64,000 nucleotides of DNA from Selaginella moellendorffii (Eukaryota; Plantae; Lycopodiophyta). Positions within the stretch are counted from its first letter, which is position 1; each line of letters starts with the position of its first letter. The DNA lies in contig NW_003314265.1 of assembly GCF_000143415.4 (NCBI RefSeq), forward strand, positions 634,405 through 698,404, given 5' to 3'. The notes under the pieces are model-generated. The model ran no database searches, had not been told where the DNA came from, and saw only the letters and a program-made list of their open reading frames with translations. Made by a program: the position numbers and the translations under genes. This document shows, piece after piece, positions 23,650-37,100 of this stretch.

Positions 23650-26600
23650 AATAATTCAAATATTATAAATCATTATTCAAGATACAATTCCTTAGTTTTA
23701 TCCATTACTAAAAATTCTCAATAAAAGCTACCTTAAACTTAAATGCAACTAAACACCTTCAACCTCTCTTTTAGAATGGATTTCTCAATAATTTACTTCC
23801 CATTTCATACCATCTTTCCTTGTTCCCAATAAAGTTATATTCTAACATAGTAGTGTATATAGTATTGGGATTAATATAGAACACAGATATTAATAAAAAT
23901 TTAAAATTTAAAAGATTTTAAATTTTATATCAATGATAGAGCTCCCTATAATCAATTTGTGCCTCCTCATGCCTCAAATCCTGTTTTTTTATTAGAGTTG
24001 GCAAAGGACAAAAAACAAATGCATTTCATTGCATTCAAAAATGGTAATAGCTTAATTATGTATTTTAGAAAGAGCATGGCAAAAATCTTAAATGGAAAGG
24101 ATAAAGCTTTTCTACCTTCTTTAAGCACCTCTCTAAAGTTTGGGCTAGAATAAGTTCTATTTAATTTGAATTTAAATATTTTATGCCAAGTGGGCAATGT
24201 AGAAAAAAAACTACTAGCAATTAATGTCTCATCCTTCATAGTTTTAGTTTCTAACACCAATATCTAGAAATATCCCAGAATCCAACACAATACTCAATGC
24301 AATCAAATGCTTTTATAAACTACATCAACATTAAAAATATTATTTGTCAGGTTAAACAATTTTGGCTTTAGTGCAAATCTACAAGTGAGCCATTTGTAAA
24401 AATCATAACTTCCAAAATAAAGATAATAAATTAATTATATCTTTTCCAACACAAAAATATACTCTATTGTCTTGGGTTATGAACACAATTTCTTAAATGT
24501 TAGGCTAAAAAATTCCTATAGCATACCTTAGGTTTACTCACATGATTATAAAGTCTACAATAGCTCCATTTAGAGGCTTGCTAATCCAACAACAAAGATA
24601 AAAATCCAAAATTGAAATTAAAAAATTTAAAAATTTTTATACCTAAAATTTCCCACATATCCAACATATTTATCATAGTCATGTCTTCCAATACTATCCC
24701 AAATTTAAAATTGAATGACTATAGGAGGTTAGACTCTTGTATTTTTACTCAATATTTAGCATATCTATATTTTGAATAAAAGAAAATTATAGACCTTTTT
24801 GTATCATGATTTTCCTCACTTTTATTCTTGTTAGGTGTTATAATTGACTTCATTTAGTAAACATGTATGCTTCTATGTCTTATTTCTAGCATAGCTAGAT
24901 TCTTGGTTAATTTCAAGTTTATTAATATAAGAAATAGATTTGTGTACATAGATAATCAATATTTAAAAACAATCTATTTGATTTGTGAAGTTTACTTCTT
25001 AGTTCAGTTTCTGTTATTGCTGTGATAAACTTTTGAAATAATTATTTAACATTCATTATATTACTAGACTAAATGATAAGCACTAAATAATATTAAAGGT
25101 TATCTAGCAATCATCTAAGAGATGGGGATGTCAAACTAGCACACTTAGTCATTAGTGTGAATTATGTTTTTTAACCAATGTTTTTGTTCATTCGGGTATC
25201 TAGTTTCATTTATAAAATATTTAGAGTTATTATAAAAGTGTAAATTAATAATAAAATTTTCTTTTTACTTAATAATTTTATCTTTAGAAGTTATAATTAC
25301 CCTTCCATACTCATCAATACACTCAATTATTATATTTCTCTCAATAGCCAAGGCTCTTGCAATTGCAAAAGCAGAAATAAAAAATATATGAGATAATCCA
25401 GTAACCTTATATAGAATGGTTACAGACATTTTATCAAGAAGAATATTAAATGATAATAATTTTGCCAAATGATTATCCCTAAAAATATTAAATAAAGAGA
25501 ATATTAAAAAAAACAAAAACTTTAGAGACAATATTTACCAGCTACTATGATGAGTTAGTGTGATGAAATTATCAATTTTTGCAGTATATACATTATCTAA
25601 CAAAGAAGAAAAATTATAAAATATCTTATTAAAGAAAGTTTCTTAACATTAATTATCAAATCTCCTTGTGCTATTCTTGATATTGATATATTTACTCTTG
25701 CTATAGATCCTTCAGATATTGGAATAAGATTCAAATCAGCAAATTGTTCAATGCAATCCTAAAATAAAAGTAAAATATCTAAAAATTTCAAAATATAAAA
25801 ATATAAAATATAAACCTCAATATTATGAAGAAATCCAATATCCTTGCTCTTCATTCATAATTGTGAGGCCAAATGGCCTTTTCTTATGTGATATTCTGCA
25901 AAAATGAAAATAAAAAATATGAAATACGAAATAGAAAGCTTCCTTACCTATAAAAAGTGTAAGTTTCATATGGGATAAACACGTAAGAATCTCATTTGGA
26001 TAGCTCAAAAATAAACTCTAAAATAATCACTTGTGAAACACAATATGTTTTAAAATCACAAATTTACCTTTTACTAAGAGTTCTCTTGTTAGTGCTCTTG
26101 GTCAATCTCTAAACAGGCCTGTAACAAAAATAATATCTAGTAAGGTATATAACAAAATTACAGTTTTACCGTACCAAAGTTTGGAGATTCTATGGTTTTC
26201 CTGCTTTTTTTTTTCCATAATCCCTCAAACATTAGAAAGCATTACCAATGGTAATTGCATTTACGTGTGCTTTGTCAAACAGTAGCATAATTTCCACAGT
26301 GCCCCATGGTGGCTTTGTCTTTGATACCAAATGCATCCCATTGATCACTGTCAAAGGTCTCTCCAGTTGGGACTCTCTTATCTGGGGGGAGCAAACATGA
26401 CTGAAATGATTCTCTTGTCATCTCTTACAACTTGTCCACATCATCTCCAGAGAGAAAGAGCCTGACCTTGCTATTGATGCCAATACCATGGAGGTTGACA
26501 ACAACACATTTTTTGATCCCTCGAGTGCCTCCACAGCAATCAGCTCCTCCATGACATGCACATTCCCTCCTTTCCAGTGAGACACCCACACAAACTTGGA

Positions 26601-27300
26601 GGCTGAGAATGTCATTGGGATGTTCCAGTGGTTCTGGTAGTAGTCCTCAAAGTCAACAATCCACTCCAGTGCCTCATACCCCAATGCCTTTGTCGGGACT
26701 GCAAGAAGAATGTAGTTGCAAAGGAAGGACACCCTTAAGGGATGTGGATGCAGAACAAGCTTTCCAAAATCTCAATGATATAGATTCAAGTGAGGAAAAT
26801 TTTCCCCTAAAAAAGAAATTCTAATTTTGCTAGAGCATACTCTTACACAAGAGGCTGCCAAGCAACTGCTCTCAGAGATTGTCATCTCTATCACTACATC
26901 CATAGTGCATGTCAAGTTCGTAAGTAGAGACACAACCCAGCTTGTCGATGGCCTGGACCTCCCACGGAAGCAGCAGTGCCAGCTTCAGAGGGTTCCATCT
27001 CATTGCAATACCTGTAAGCTGGAACGCCAGTAGAGGGGATCCAAATGTCTGCGACTGTGCTCGCTGCAAGTGTAGTCGTGAGCCATGTTAAGTTGATGAC
27101 CGAAGTTGTCCAACACGTCATCGCTAGAGCTGAACTCCCGTCTGTAGTAGGTTTGCGTCTTTTGCAACAAAACTTGCATCTTGTTTGCAGGTTATCCACC
27201 TCCTACAAGAATCTTTTTCCAGCTGGCATCAGAAAAGAGCACTAGAGAGGTGGTGTGGCTGTTGTAAACCAGCTTGAGCCGATCCGCAGCTGTGGCATTC
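23650..27300 (-). pseudogene. Decayed multi-exon gene of unknown family (possibly TE-derived)
   Basis: A series of short AG..GT-bounded segments with coding-like reads (e.g. about 25600-25760 DCIEQFADLNLIPISEGSIARV; about 26850-27250 MQVLLQKTQTYYRREFSSSDDVLDNFGHQL), with many stops. Confidence 0.3.
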
Positions 27301-27843
27301 CACGGACAAATCGGCTCGCCCTACGATAAAACATCTCCGAAAAGCCCTAAACCTAGGTCTAAATTAAAATGCCACTGTGCCACGTGAGCGTCCAAGTCTT
27401 TTATATATGAAATAAAAGTTTTGCCACCACCCACGACCGGCAAATGCAAATTGCCGGCCGGCACCAAAAAAGCTGACACGTAAGCCATCCTAGGGCTCTA
27501 GTGTGACAGAGTATGATCTCTACGGAGAGGAGATAGTCCTTTGTTTTTTAGGAAATGCCCCTTTGGGAGCGTGCATAGATCTCTGCGCTGAATCGATGCC
27601 GCCCGGCCAGCTGCCGAGCTCCACGAATCTGGTGGCCGTGCGACAAAAATCTCGCTCCTGGCTCTGTAGGTCGCAGGGATTTTGCGCGCGCGCGGCGATG
27701 GCGTCCTAGATGGAGCGATTCCAGCAGCAACATTCCGCGCTGTGTGCATTGTGCCGGAGATTCTCCCGGGGAGGATGTCCGAGGCGCGAGCTTTGAGGAT
27801 TTCCTCTTGGCCGGGGAGGGGAGAGAGCGGCGGGGCGGCAGCT

Positions 27844-29630
27844 ATGAGGTCGGGTTCCATCCGGAGGAGAGATGTGGCAAAGAAGCGGCAGCATCACCAG
27901 CACCAGCAGGAAGAGATGGAAGAATCGGTAGTGGCGGCAGCGCATCGTCACGGATCGGAGGCTACTTGCGAGCCGCTTGGCATTTTCTACTGCCCGTGGC
28001 AAACAAGCGTCGTAAGTTCGCGAGATTTCTTCCTTGTTTTTTTTTATCGCGTGATTGATTGTTTTGTCTCTCTGGGAGCCTTGTTAGAACAGTGTGGCGT
28101 TTTGACTTTAGCAATGTTTCCTGGCAGGATTTTAATGCTTAACTTGTGCGCGCTAGCTCATTCATTCACTCGTTTCATTCATCAATCCCTTCTCCTCTTT
28201 TCTTTTGCTTCTCGTAGATTGATGATGACGACGATGAGTGGAGAGAACGGCGGAGACGCGAAGAACAGGCATGGACACAGATCTTTTCCAAGATAATTGT
28301 GCAATGGGGGCATTGGTTCTGTAAGTGGAAGAACTTCTTTTGTCGTTCGCTTTTATTCCAGCTCGCTTTCTCTCTTTGGATTCTCGTGTTTAACTTTGTT
28401 CTTGCTTATCGTGCTTTGATGCAGCTCATATCGTTGCTGGATCAGGTGCGTGGGTGGGTAGTGTTCTCCATCGTGTTGTGACGCGCCGGCATGACAATGG
28501 GGCCAAAATCGCAGACTACGATTTGACGCCCATTCAGGTTCGCTGTCGTTTTGCTCTTAGGAAAAGTTCTTCCATCCATCCATTAAGCTTGCCTAGATCA
28601 ACAGGAAGAGAGGCTGCACAAACTTCAACAGCGATTGGAAGTGCCATTCGATGGAACGCGTTCGGAGCACCAGGTACACGTTTGTTTCATCTGAGCGGAG
28701 CAGAGTTGACTCGAGCGATCGGCCTCCTTTTCCAAGCAACGCATTTCTCTCGTGTGTCCAGGAAGCTCTGATGAGCCTATGGCGGTTCGCCTTTCCTGGG
28801 TGCGAGCTACGGAGCCTCGTAACGGAGAAGTGGAAAGAGATGGGATGGCAAGGCTCGGATCCCTCCACAGACTTTCGGTAAGTAGGACAGAGTTTTTTCT
28901 CTTTAGTTTTTTCTTGTGCTTTGAACGGGGGCATTTGCTGGCTGTAGGGGTGGCGGTTTCGTGTCTCTCGAGAACCTACTCTTCCTCGCCGAGAAGTATC
29001 CTGTACGTAAGCGTGCCTGTGCTTTGAGCGCGACCTCTTATCTTTTGCGCTGTTTTGCCAGAAATCTTTCCACAGACTCCTCCACAAGGAGGGCGGCAAG
29101 AGAGCTGTATGGGAGTACCCCTTTGCGGTGGCGGGCATCAACGTCTCGTTCATGCTAATCCAGATGTTGGACCTACGCTCAGGTTTGGTAGCATTATGAA
29201 AAAAGGATTTCCGGATGTTTACTTGTCAACCTCTCTCTCCACTTCCCGTGTCTCTCCAGCGAAGCCGAGCTCGACATCCGGCCTCAACTTTTTAAAACTC
29301 CTGGCGGGTACGTGGTCGTGCTTTCTGTATTCTACAGATCTTTTAGCTTAGCAATCCTTTTCTTTCGTGCTTTGCAGAGGACGAGACCGCTTTTGACATC
29401 TTGTACTGTATAGCTTTCGAGATGATGGACTACGAATGGCTTGCGATGCATGCGACCTACATGGAATTCAACGTAAGTTCACGGCCTTTGTGTCGTTCTT
29501 CGCGATTGATGGCGGTGTGTTCTTCCAGGCCGTGCTCACAATCACTCGGCAAAGACTAGAGCGCGAGCTCTCGCTCAAAGAGGTCACATACGTCAAGGAC
29601 TTACCAGCCTACACACTCTTGTGCCAGTAG
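27844..29630 (+). CDS. ELMO/CED-12 domain-containing protein (about 10 exons)
   Basis: Exons encode WKEMGWQGSDPSTDFR|GGGFVSLENLLF, WEYPFAVAGINVSFMLIQMLDL, AFDILYCIAFEMMDYEWLAMHATYMEFN and DLPAYTLL. Confidence 0.92.
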
Positions 29631-29864
29631 ACGCACACACTCCTGACTTGGAAACCGAAAAACCTGTTAACCATTGTACAAAGATACCGATCCTGACCAA
29701 CCAATTCGAGGAAGAAGACTTGCTTCATTACCAAAGAATGCACCAATATCGTCAATATATAATAGTATACCAAAGGTTCATCATCAATAATAAGCTATCC
29801 GGGGTGGGGGATTTGAAAAGCAAAACTGGGTTGTTTCTTTCGTCTCGCCATGAAAAGAATGCTT

Positions 29865-31253
29865 CTAGGCGGTGGGAAGTGGTAGCGGCGTGGTTAGCTC
29901 CTCGGGAGCTTTCGAAACTCCTCCAGTGGTCGGCCTGGGATGGAAGAGCACGAGAGAGGAGATTTGAGAACTTCCCACAAGGAGAGAAATAGCAAGAAAC
30001 TTACAGTCCAACGAAGACTTTGAAGGCGTCGTAGATTACCCACTGCGCTCCAGTGAGAGTTCCAATCATCACGATACGCAGCGGTAGCCCCCGGGTGACG
30101 AGAGCCACCAGGCCCATGCTCTTGACGGCCTGGAGCAAAATAAAACGAGCATTTAGCCTAATAAGCGCGAGAAACACCACGGAAACAAGGATACATACTT
30201 GGCCAACGGTGGCGTCCTTGGTATTGTTGAGGAACGAGACAAGGTTGTCAGCAGGGTGCGAGACGAGAGCGCAAAAAATGCCAGCAATGTAACCCCCAGC
30301 AAAACTAACACCCAGCTGCTCCACCTTGCTACACTCGTCCTTGGGCTTGGGAACAACGTTCTTGTAAAGCGCCTCGACTGTGGCCTCAAAGCATGTAAAC
30401 TTCATCATCGTGTCTGCCATAAACGACAACCCAATCAGTGAAACCATTTCTTTCGTCTTGTTGGCGTCCGAGAGTTGGATAGCTTACATGGAATTTGGCG
30501 TCCCCAGAGAGGTACCAGTCCTCTGTAAAGTCTGAGCACAGAAATACCAAGTGTCAAAAAGTTAAAGAGCGAAGACAAGAACAATACCCAGCAACGCCCT
30601 CAGCCCTCGTGATTTTCGGCAGTCCATCGAGAAGCCCATTAGCGAATCCGGGCTTGGTTTGGACCCGGACCTTGACGGCCTCCATCGGGCACAGCGCAAT
30701 ATCAGCGAAGAACTCGGACGAGAAAGATCCGGCCAAGTAAATGAAAGTCTTGTACTTGTACGCATTCTCGGCTCCGGCCAGGTCCGAGTAGTACTTTTTG
30801 AAGAACTCGTAGAGCCCATACTTGAAAGCTCCCTGCGCACTGTATCCAAGCAGCGTCGGAACCCATCCCTTGAACAAACCTTTGGGGCCAGCCTCGCGAT
30901 ACAGAGTCCCAAATCCACTGGCGGTAGATTTATACTTGGCGGGATCAATCTGACCAAAGAATCGATCGATCAGCCACACACCTCAAGAAGATTACCTGCA
31001 TATTACACTTGACCACGTCCAAGGGCGTCATGGCCATGTGCGTGAGGCCGCAGCATAGAGCCCCCCCGACAGTGCACGCCGCGTAGAATTCCGGCGAGTA
31101 CATCGCGATCTTTCTCGTCTCGTCTGGGGATGGGATGAGAAACCTGGAAGAAGATTGGCCATTGATCGGAATGGCAGGAGCTGGCGCCTTGAATCCCTTG
31201 CTCTTGTACAGGAATGATGGCAGCGTACTGGATCGACTGTCTTCAAGCGCCAT
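29865..31253 (-). CDS. Mitochondrial phosphate carrier (PHT3/MPT, SLC25A3 family), divergent copy 1
   Basis: Six exons with canonical splice sites; motifs TPLDVVKCNMQ, GYSAQGAFKYG, PMEAVKVRVQT, HPADNLVS, GLPTTGG. Confidence 0.93.
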
Positions 31254-31559
31254 TGTGTGTATTGGAACATTTCCGGATTTCCGCACCATTTAAACCAATA
31301 CGACACTGTGGCCATCGCGGAGACGTGGGAGGACCAACAATGCCACGCTTCGTGGAACTGGAAGACAATAACGGCGGCTAACTCTTGGAGAAACAAGCAA
31401 TCAAATATTGACCTTATTAATACCCATCTGAAATAATTAATAATAATATAAACGAAGCGCAAATCGTCGCTGAAAGGTTTGATTGGTTCCCTCAGGAGGC
31501 CGCCGCCGACATCGAGCAAGTGCGCTACTTCTTCTATTCGCCTATTAACGACCACTCAC

Positions 31560-32425
31560 TCTTTGCGTTTGTGTCAATCCTTTACCTGGCAAGCCTGCTC
31601 CCCGAGGAGCGTGAAGGGCTCCAAAGATCCCTTCAGCCGGTTTCTCACGGTCGGTTGTGATCTTGTGGTGGAGTTTGCTGCTACTGCACCACGACTTTGG
31701 TACTTGCGATGGAGATGACGAGATTGAGAGGCCGCTGCAGAAGTTTTGGGAGCGCTTTTGTGGGAGGAAAGGCGTGCGCGTCGTCGAGGATGCTGTTTGT
31801 CGACCGGGCAGTCTTGACATGGCGGTGCTACGTCCCCCACCGGATCTATACTTTGGTAATATCATGCTTTCCTTGGATTTCATCCATGGATGCTTCTTTG
31901 TTTTTCCAGGACGGCAGGAAGGACGCAGCGAAGTTTTTACCCGAGTGCTGTGCTAACGCGTCCATTTGTTACTAACAGGAAAGGCTCAAAACTCCACCGA
32001 ATTTGGTGTTCCCAACATCTTGGACCTTGTCTGTAGGCTGACGGGAGAGTGACTACTTGTTCTACTTGCCAGTGAAGAACCTGGGATGGAACTTGCGGGG
32101 TGCTTGCACACGGACAAAAGACATGGTAGGGAGGAATACTCAATACTCGAAGGTGACAGGAACGCCTTGCCTGGAGTGTCACGAACGTTCCCGGACGAGG
32201 AATTTCCAGTGTCACCATTCCGTGTAAGCGAGGCCAGGCTGCTGTTGCGCGGGACTGCAAGCACGACATGGTCGTTTCATCCGCGAAGATCAAGGAGAGA
32301 GCGGTGGATCACCGATAATTCCTGTGCTCCTCCCACAGCCTCCGCATCACGGTTAAACTTTGCACGTAGCCTTTACGGCCGATGCTGGAGGGAATGACGT
32401 CCATGTCCACTGGCCTGGACGACGG
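31560..32425 (+). pseudogene. Gene fragment of unknown function
   Basis: GC-rich coding-like segments with a GT-AG intron (about 31856-31909) but interrupted frames. No recognisable domain. Confidence 0.25.
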
Positions 32426-32519
32426 TAAGTTACATATGATCCTCGGATTTTTTGCGTGTCAGATTTGGGATGCTGAATATATTGATAGATACTACCATCC
32501 ACGACATTTTTAGGATGCT

Positions 32520-33280
32520 TCTTAACCATGAAAAAGAAATCTGACTCTAGCAAATATATATAAATTTCTTTTCAACAATCAAGGTTTGCAGACCACGTTC
32601 CTAATTTCACTAGATTATAATTTGTCTTTGGTGTGTTCTTTATATATTATTTGTAATTTTATTGTTTTATAGTTGTTGTAGTATGTTCTTTATAATCCAT
32701 GTTGAAGTCACCCAAAAACAAATATCCTTCGTGATCTCTTAGTATAATTTGATCTATATGTTGATAAAAAAATTTATATTTGTATTTGGATTTCCATTTG
32801 TGTTTTAAGCATTTACTTATTATACATGTCATTGTATTAAATGTCTTCAATAAAGTAGTTTCTATAGCATAGTATTGTCAGTTTGTCTTCTATATATAAT
32901 ACAACAGATGTTGTAATTAAAATTTATATACTTGCGTATGTTTTTGTTTCAATTAGTTTTCTAGGTTGATTAATTTTTAGTAGGAGGTAAAGAATATACT
33001 TAGAGTATCTAAGCATGTTTTAGGATAGTTTAGCATATTTTTTAAACTACAATTTTATTCTTAAATGTTTTTTATTCATTTGAGTTTTTATACCAATATT
33101 AGTTTTTACTTACGTTTATATAATAAAATTTAAGCTTGTCTAAGCTACTTAGAATTAGATGTCAATAGAGCAAATTATGTTATCTGCTAGCTCTAGCACT
33201 AGTAATAGTTTAAATGTAATTCTCATGAATCTAATAAGAAATTCAGGTGAAATATAATCAGATAGTATAGCTTACTCTAG
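32520..33280 (-). mobile_element. AT-rich relic of an EEP/APE-type endonuclease (Helitron- or LINE-derived)
   Basis: ORF 32659..32850 contains YLFLGDFNMD (EEP GDFN motif). The downstream LESDFF..HP resembles the terminal SDH motif region. Confidence 0.45.
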
Positions 33281-34170
33281 ATGGATATAAAGGCTTAAAA
33301 TTTAATAAACTTTGTATAAGATCCTAGACATATAAAAATATAAATGATTATGAGTTACATACATAACAAGGAAATAATAAATGTTATCTAATACTGCTTA
33401 TTTTTAAGTTTGTATTGAACCTTCAACCAAAAGCAAACTAAGCATTGCTGCTAATTTAATTATTATTTTATTTTGTGTACGTTATACATAATTGATATGA
33501 TTGTTGTTAATGATTTTACTAAATTTTATTTTTTCTTCTTTTATACTCTATTAGTAACTCTTGATAAAGCTATGTAAGCACATATATGTATCTTTATTCT
33601 ATCATTTTTGTTATTTAAGCTCTATATTGTTCTTACTAGTGTTAATTGTTTTGGAAATTAAGTTCTTGAAATTTTATAATTCATATTTTTGTAATTTTTC
33701 TTAAATATTTTGTATGCTTTAGCTATAATACTTTGTTTTGGTAATTATAAAAGTACTCAATCTTGTATATAGTCTTTTAATTCTTCTATTATTCATTCAT
33801 CTAAATTAAATATATTTGAGATTATTTCAATTTGAATTCTATTTTTAGTTTCATATATTATATAATCATTTGGTTTGGTGGGGATATATAATTGAGTAAA
33901 TATCATAGCTTTTGATTATTATATTTTTTTGAATTTAATGTAACTGTATTTTCATTGTGTTCTTGTACTTGCTTATTTGTTTGGATGTATAGATGTTTGT
34001 GGTTAATTTCTAATGATTTAACTTAATGGTTTAAAAGTTATTTATTTTTTCTCATTTTGAGTAGCTGTTCTTATTTTATAAACCTAAACCTAAACTCTAA
34101 ACCCTAAAACCCTTGTTTATCTTTTTTTTTTCACATCATTATTTTGTCAATTAAAATATATTCCATGAAT

Positions 34171-37100
34171 TGTGAGTGTATGGAATATGGAAATGGAATA
34201 CAGAAAATGTGCATATCAATTAGCCCAAAAACCTTAATTTATATACAAGAGTAAGTGGTCCAAATTGAAACAAATTCGATGGCTATTAAAATCCCACTAT
34301 GATAATATTAGTATACAGCATCGTAGGCATACACTTGGACTTCACATCATCCCTTCCTTTTGGCATAATAGAAGACTATTAGGGTTCTCTTGTAAATGGG
34401 TTGGGATCTAGAGGAACACTAGAAAGAAGCATTAGTGAATCTGTAGGTGGTATCAATTGTTTTTTATCCTTTTGTATAAAGTGTTTGAATTGCTGCACAT
34501 ACACAATTTCTGAAGGATCAGCTTGTTGGATGTCATGCCAAACTTCATAGACATGTGGTCCAACTTTCCACAACACTTGATATGGTCCTTTCCACTAAAC
34601 AAGGAGCCCCTTAGATAAACTACATATTGTAAGATGGGGAAAATGGACTAACACCAAGTCATTCAATTTGTACTTTGCAAGTGGACAATGATGGAAATTG
34701 TAGCGCTGTTGTTGTCCCACTTGTACACAACCTAAATGTTGTGTAGACTCTACTAGGACAAGTGGAAGAATGCTTGTCAAATACTGATCCCACGACTTAG
34801 TATTTGCAGCTCATCGCAATTGCAAAGGTAAACTTAACTCTGTTGATAATATTGGATCATGACTATATAAGAGTTTGTATGGTGAAGCATCAACAGAACT
34901 ATGCACCTTTGTGACATATGCATACAGAAGAGATAACAAATAACCATCCCAATCCGAATGCTAAAAGTTTATTTACTTTGTGACCATCCCTTTAAATGTC
35001 CAAATAAGCCATTCCACCAAACCGTCTAACTATGGATGATATGCACTTATAAAAGTGTGGCATATCCCTAACCGAGATGTCAGAATATGAAATGCCTTAA
35101 TCATAAATGTGGGATTATTATCCAAAAGAATCTACTCTAGACAAAAATGTTGGAACACCAATCAATTAAAGAGGAAATATCCAACAATAATTGCAAAGGC
35201 ACTAGCAAAAGCACCAATTTCCACCCAATGAGTTAAATAGTCAGAAATTATAATAATATACTCATTGCTAACAGTTGATTGTGGAAAAGGTTCTATAAGA
35301 TCAAATGCCACAAACTCAAATGGATAGAAAATTGCAATTGACTCCAACTGTCCTTCCACAGCACAAAGGGAAGCATTACGAGCTTAGTACCAAACGTAGT
35401 TACGTATATATCGGATAACATTAGGTCGCATATCTGGCTAATAGAAAGACTTGTGTAGATTTTCAGTCATATGACGATGTCCCATATGCCCACATAAAAT
35501 AAAAGAATCATGGTAGACATAGAGAAACCATGGAATAAAAATTCCAGGCACCACCAGCCATAAATGATCATCTAGATCCGTCCCCATAAAATAAAGAAGG
35601 CCATTTTTAAGGTGATATTGAGAATGTAAATGCCAGAATGGCAAGTCATTAGCAAATGATGCAGGATTTTCAAACCTATCTCAAAGCCTTCGAATCCATG
35701 GCTCAATCTTTTGAACCTTGTGGACTTTATCAAAAGAAGGTAGATCTTTCTTTGCACCTTATGGATACTAAATGTCAAGTACAGCAACCACCAATGGCAT
35801 AGAATCCTCATCTAGAAAATCCACAGATGCTAGAATAACAAGCTCGTCAGAAACATGAGAAAAGAGTAAAGAAGGAAGAAGAGCTCAAGAAAAGGCATCA
35901 ATATTAGCCATAGAACTCCCCGGGTGATGAACAACATCAAAATCATATATCTAAAGTTTTAAAGCCCACTGAACAATATGACCAATTAGGTTCTTCTGCT
36001 TCAATAATGAATTAATAGTAACATAATCACCTTCTAATAATTTCCAAGAACTATATAGATATATATAAAGTTTCTCGAAACCCCAAATTGCTGCTAAACA
36101 CTCATTTTCTATAGTAGAATAATTCACCTCTACTGGTTGTAATGTATGGTTGATGTATACAATGGGATGGCGTTGACTAAGCACACTCAAACTCTCTTAC
36201 ATCAACATACTTTTAAAACTAATATCATAAACGTCCATGCACAAAATAAAAGGTTGAGTGTAGTCAGGATATGCCAAAACTAGAGGAGTTGTCAATAGTT
36301 CTTTGATATCCATGAACGCCCGCTCACAATCCACAGACCAAACAAAAGATGATGTTGATAACTTTAGCAATGCTTGTAACAGTGCAGTGCGATAAAAAAG
36401 ATGATCCACAAAACAACCAAGATATTGCATTTTGCCTAGAAATTATTGCACATCATTCACACATTTTAGAGTAGAAAACTTTAGAAAAGCCACAAGTTTG
36501 ATAGGGTCAACTTGCAAACCCTCATGAGAAATGTAGTACCTAAGATAAGTTGTGTCCTTGAACCTAAATACGCACTTCAACTGCTTCAGCTTTAAACCAA
36601 CATCCTATAGTTAATTCAACACTTTATAAACATCATGGATGTGTTCCTCCCATATTGCTTATGAGTGGATCAAGAGTCACCTCCAGCATATCACAAAGAA
36701 CCTTGTCCATCATTTGCTGGAAAGTCACTAGAGCATTATTCAAACCAAACAGCATCACCAAGAACTCATATAAACCAAATGGTGTATGAAAAGTAATCTT
36801 AAAAATATTTTTTTAGGTTATCAGTACTTGCTAATACCCAAAAACAAGATCTAGTTTGGTGAACCAAGGACTTCTCCCCAAACAATTCTAGAGATCATGT
36901 AAGCTCCTGAGTTTGGACTTCCCGGGAGGTCACCCAACCCAGTACTATTTAAACCCAAGGACGCTTAACTCCAACTATCCCAAGACCCTTAACCGATTGG
37001 AAAAGGGGGTGCACTCTTGTTCATGGGCCCTTTCCCTCTATATTTGAACCCCATGGATCGTCTCTCGAGTCGTTCCCTTTGGTTGCTTACAATCCACCAC

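Noticed and set aside
36915-36972. 5S rRNA gene
   Set aside because: Only the internal 56 nt or so match, embedded in TRIM LTRs; the 5' part and terminal stem are absent.
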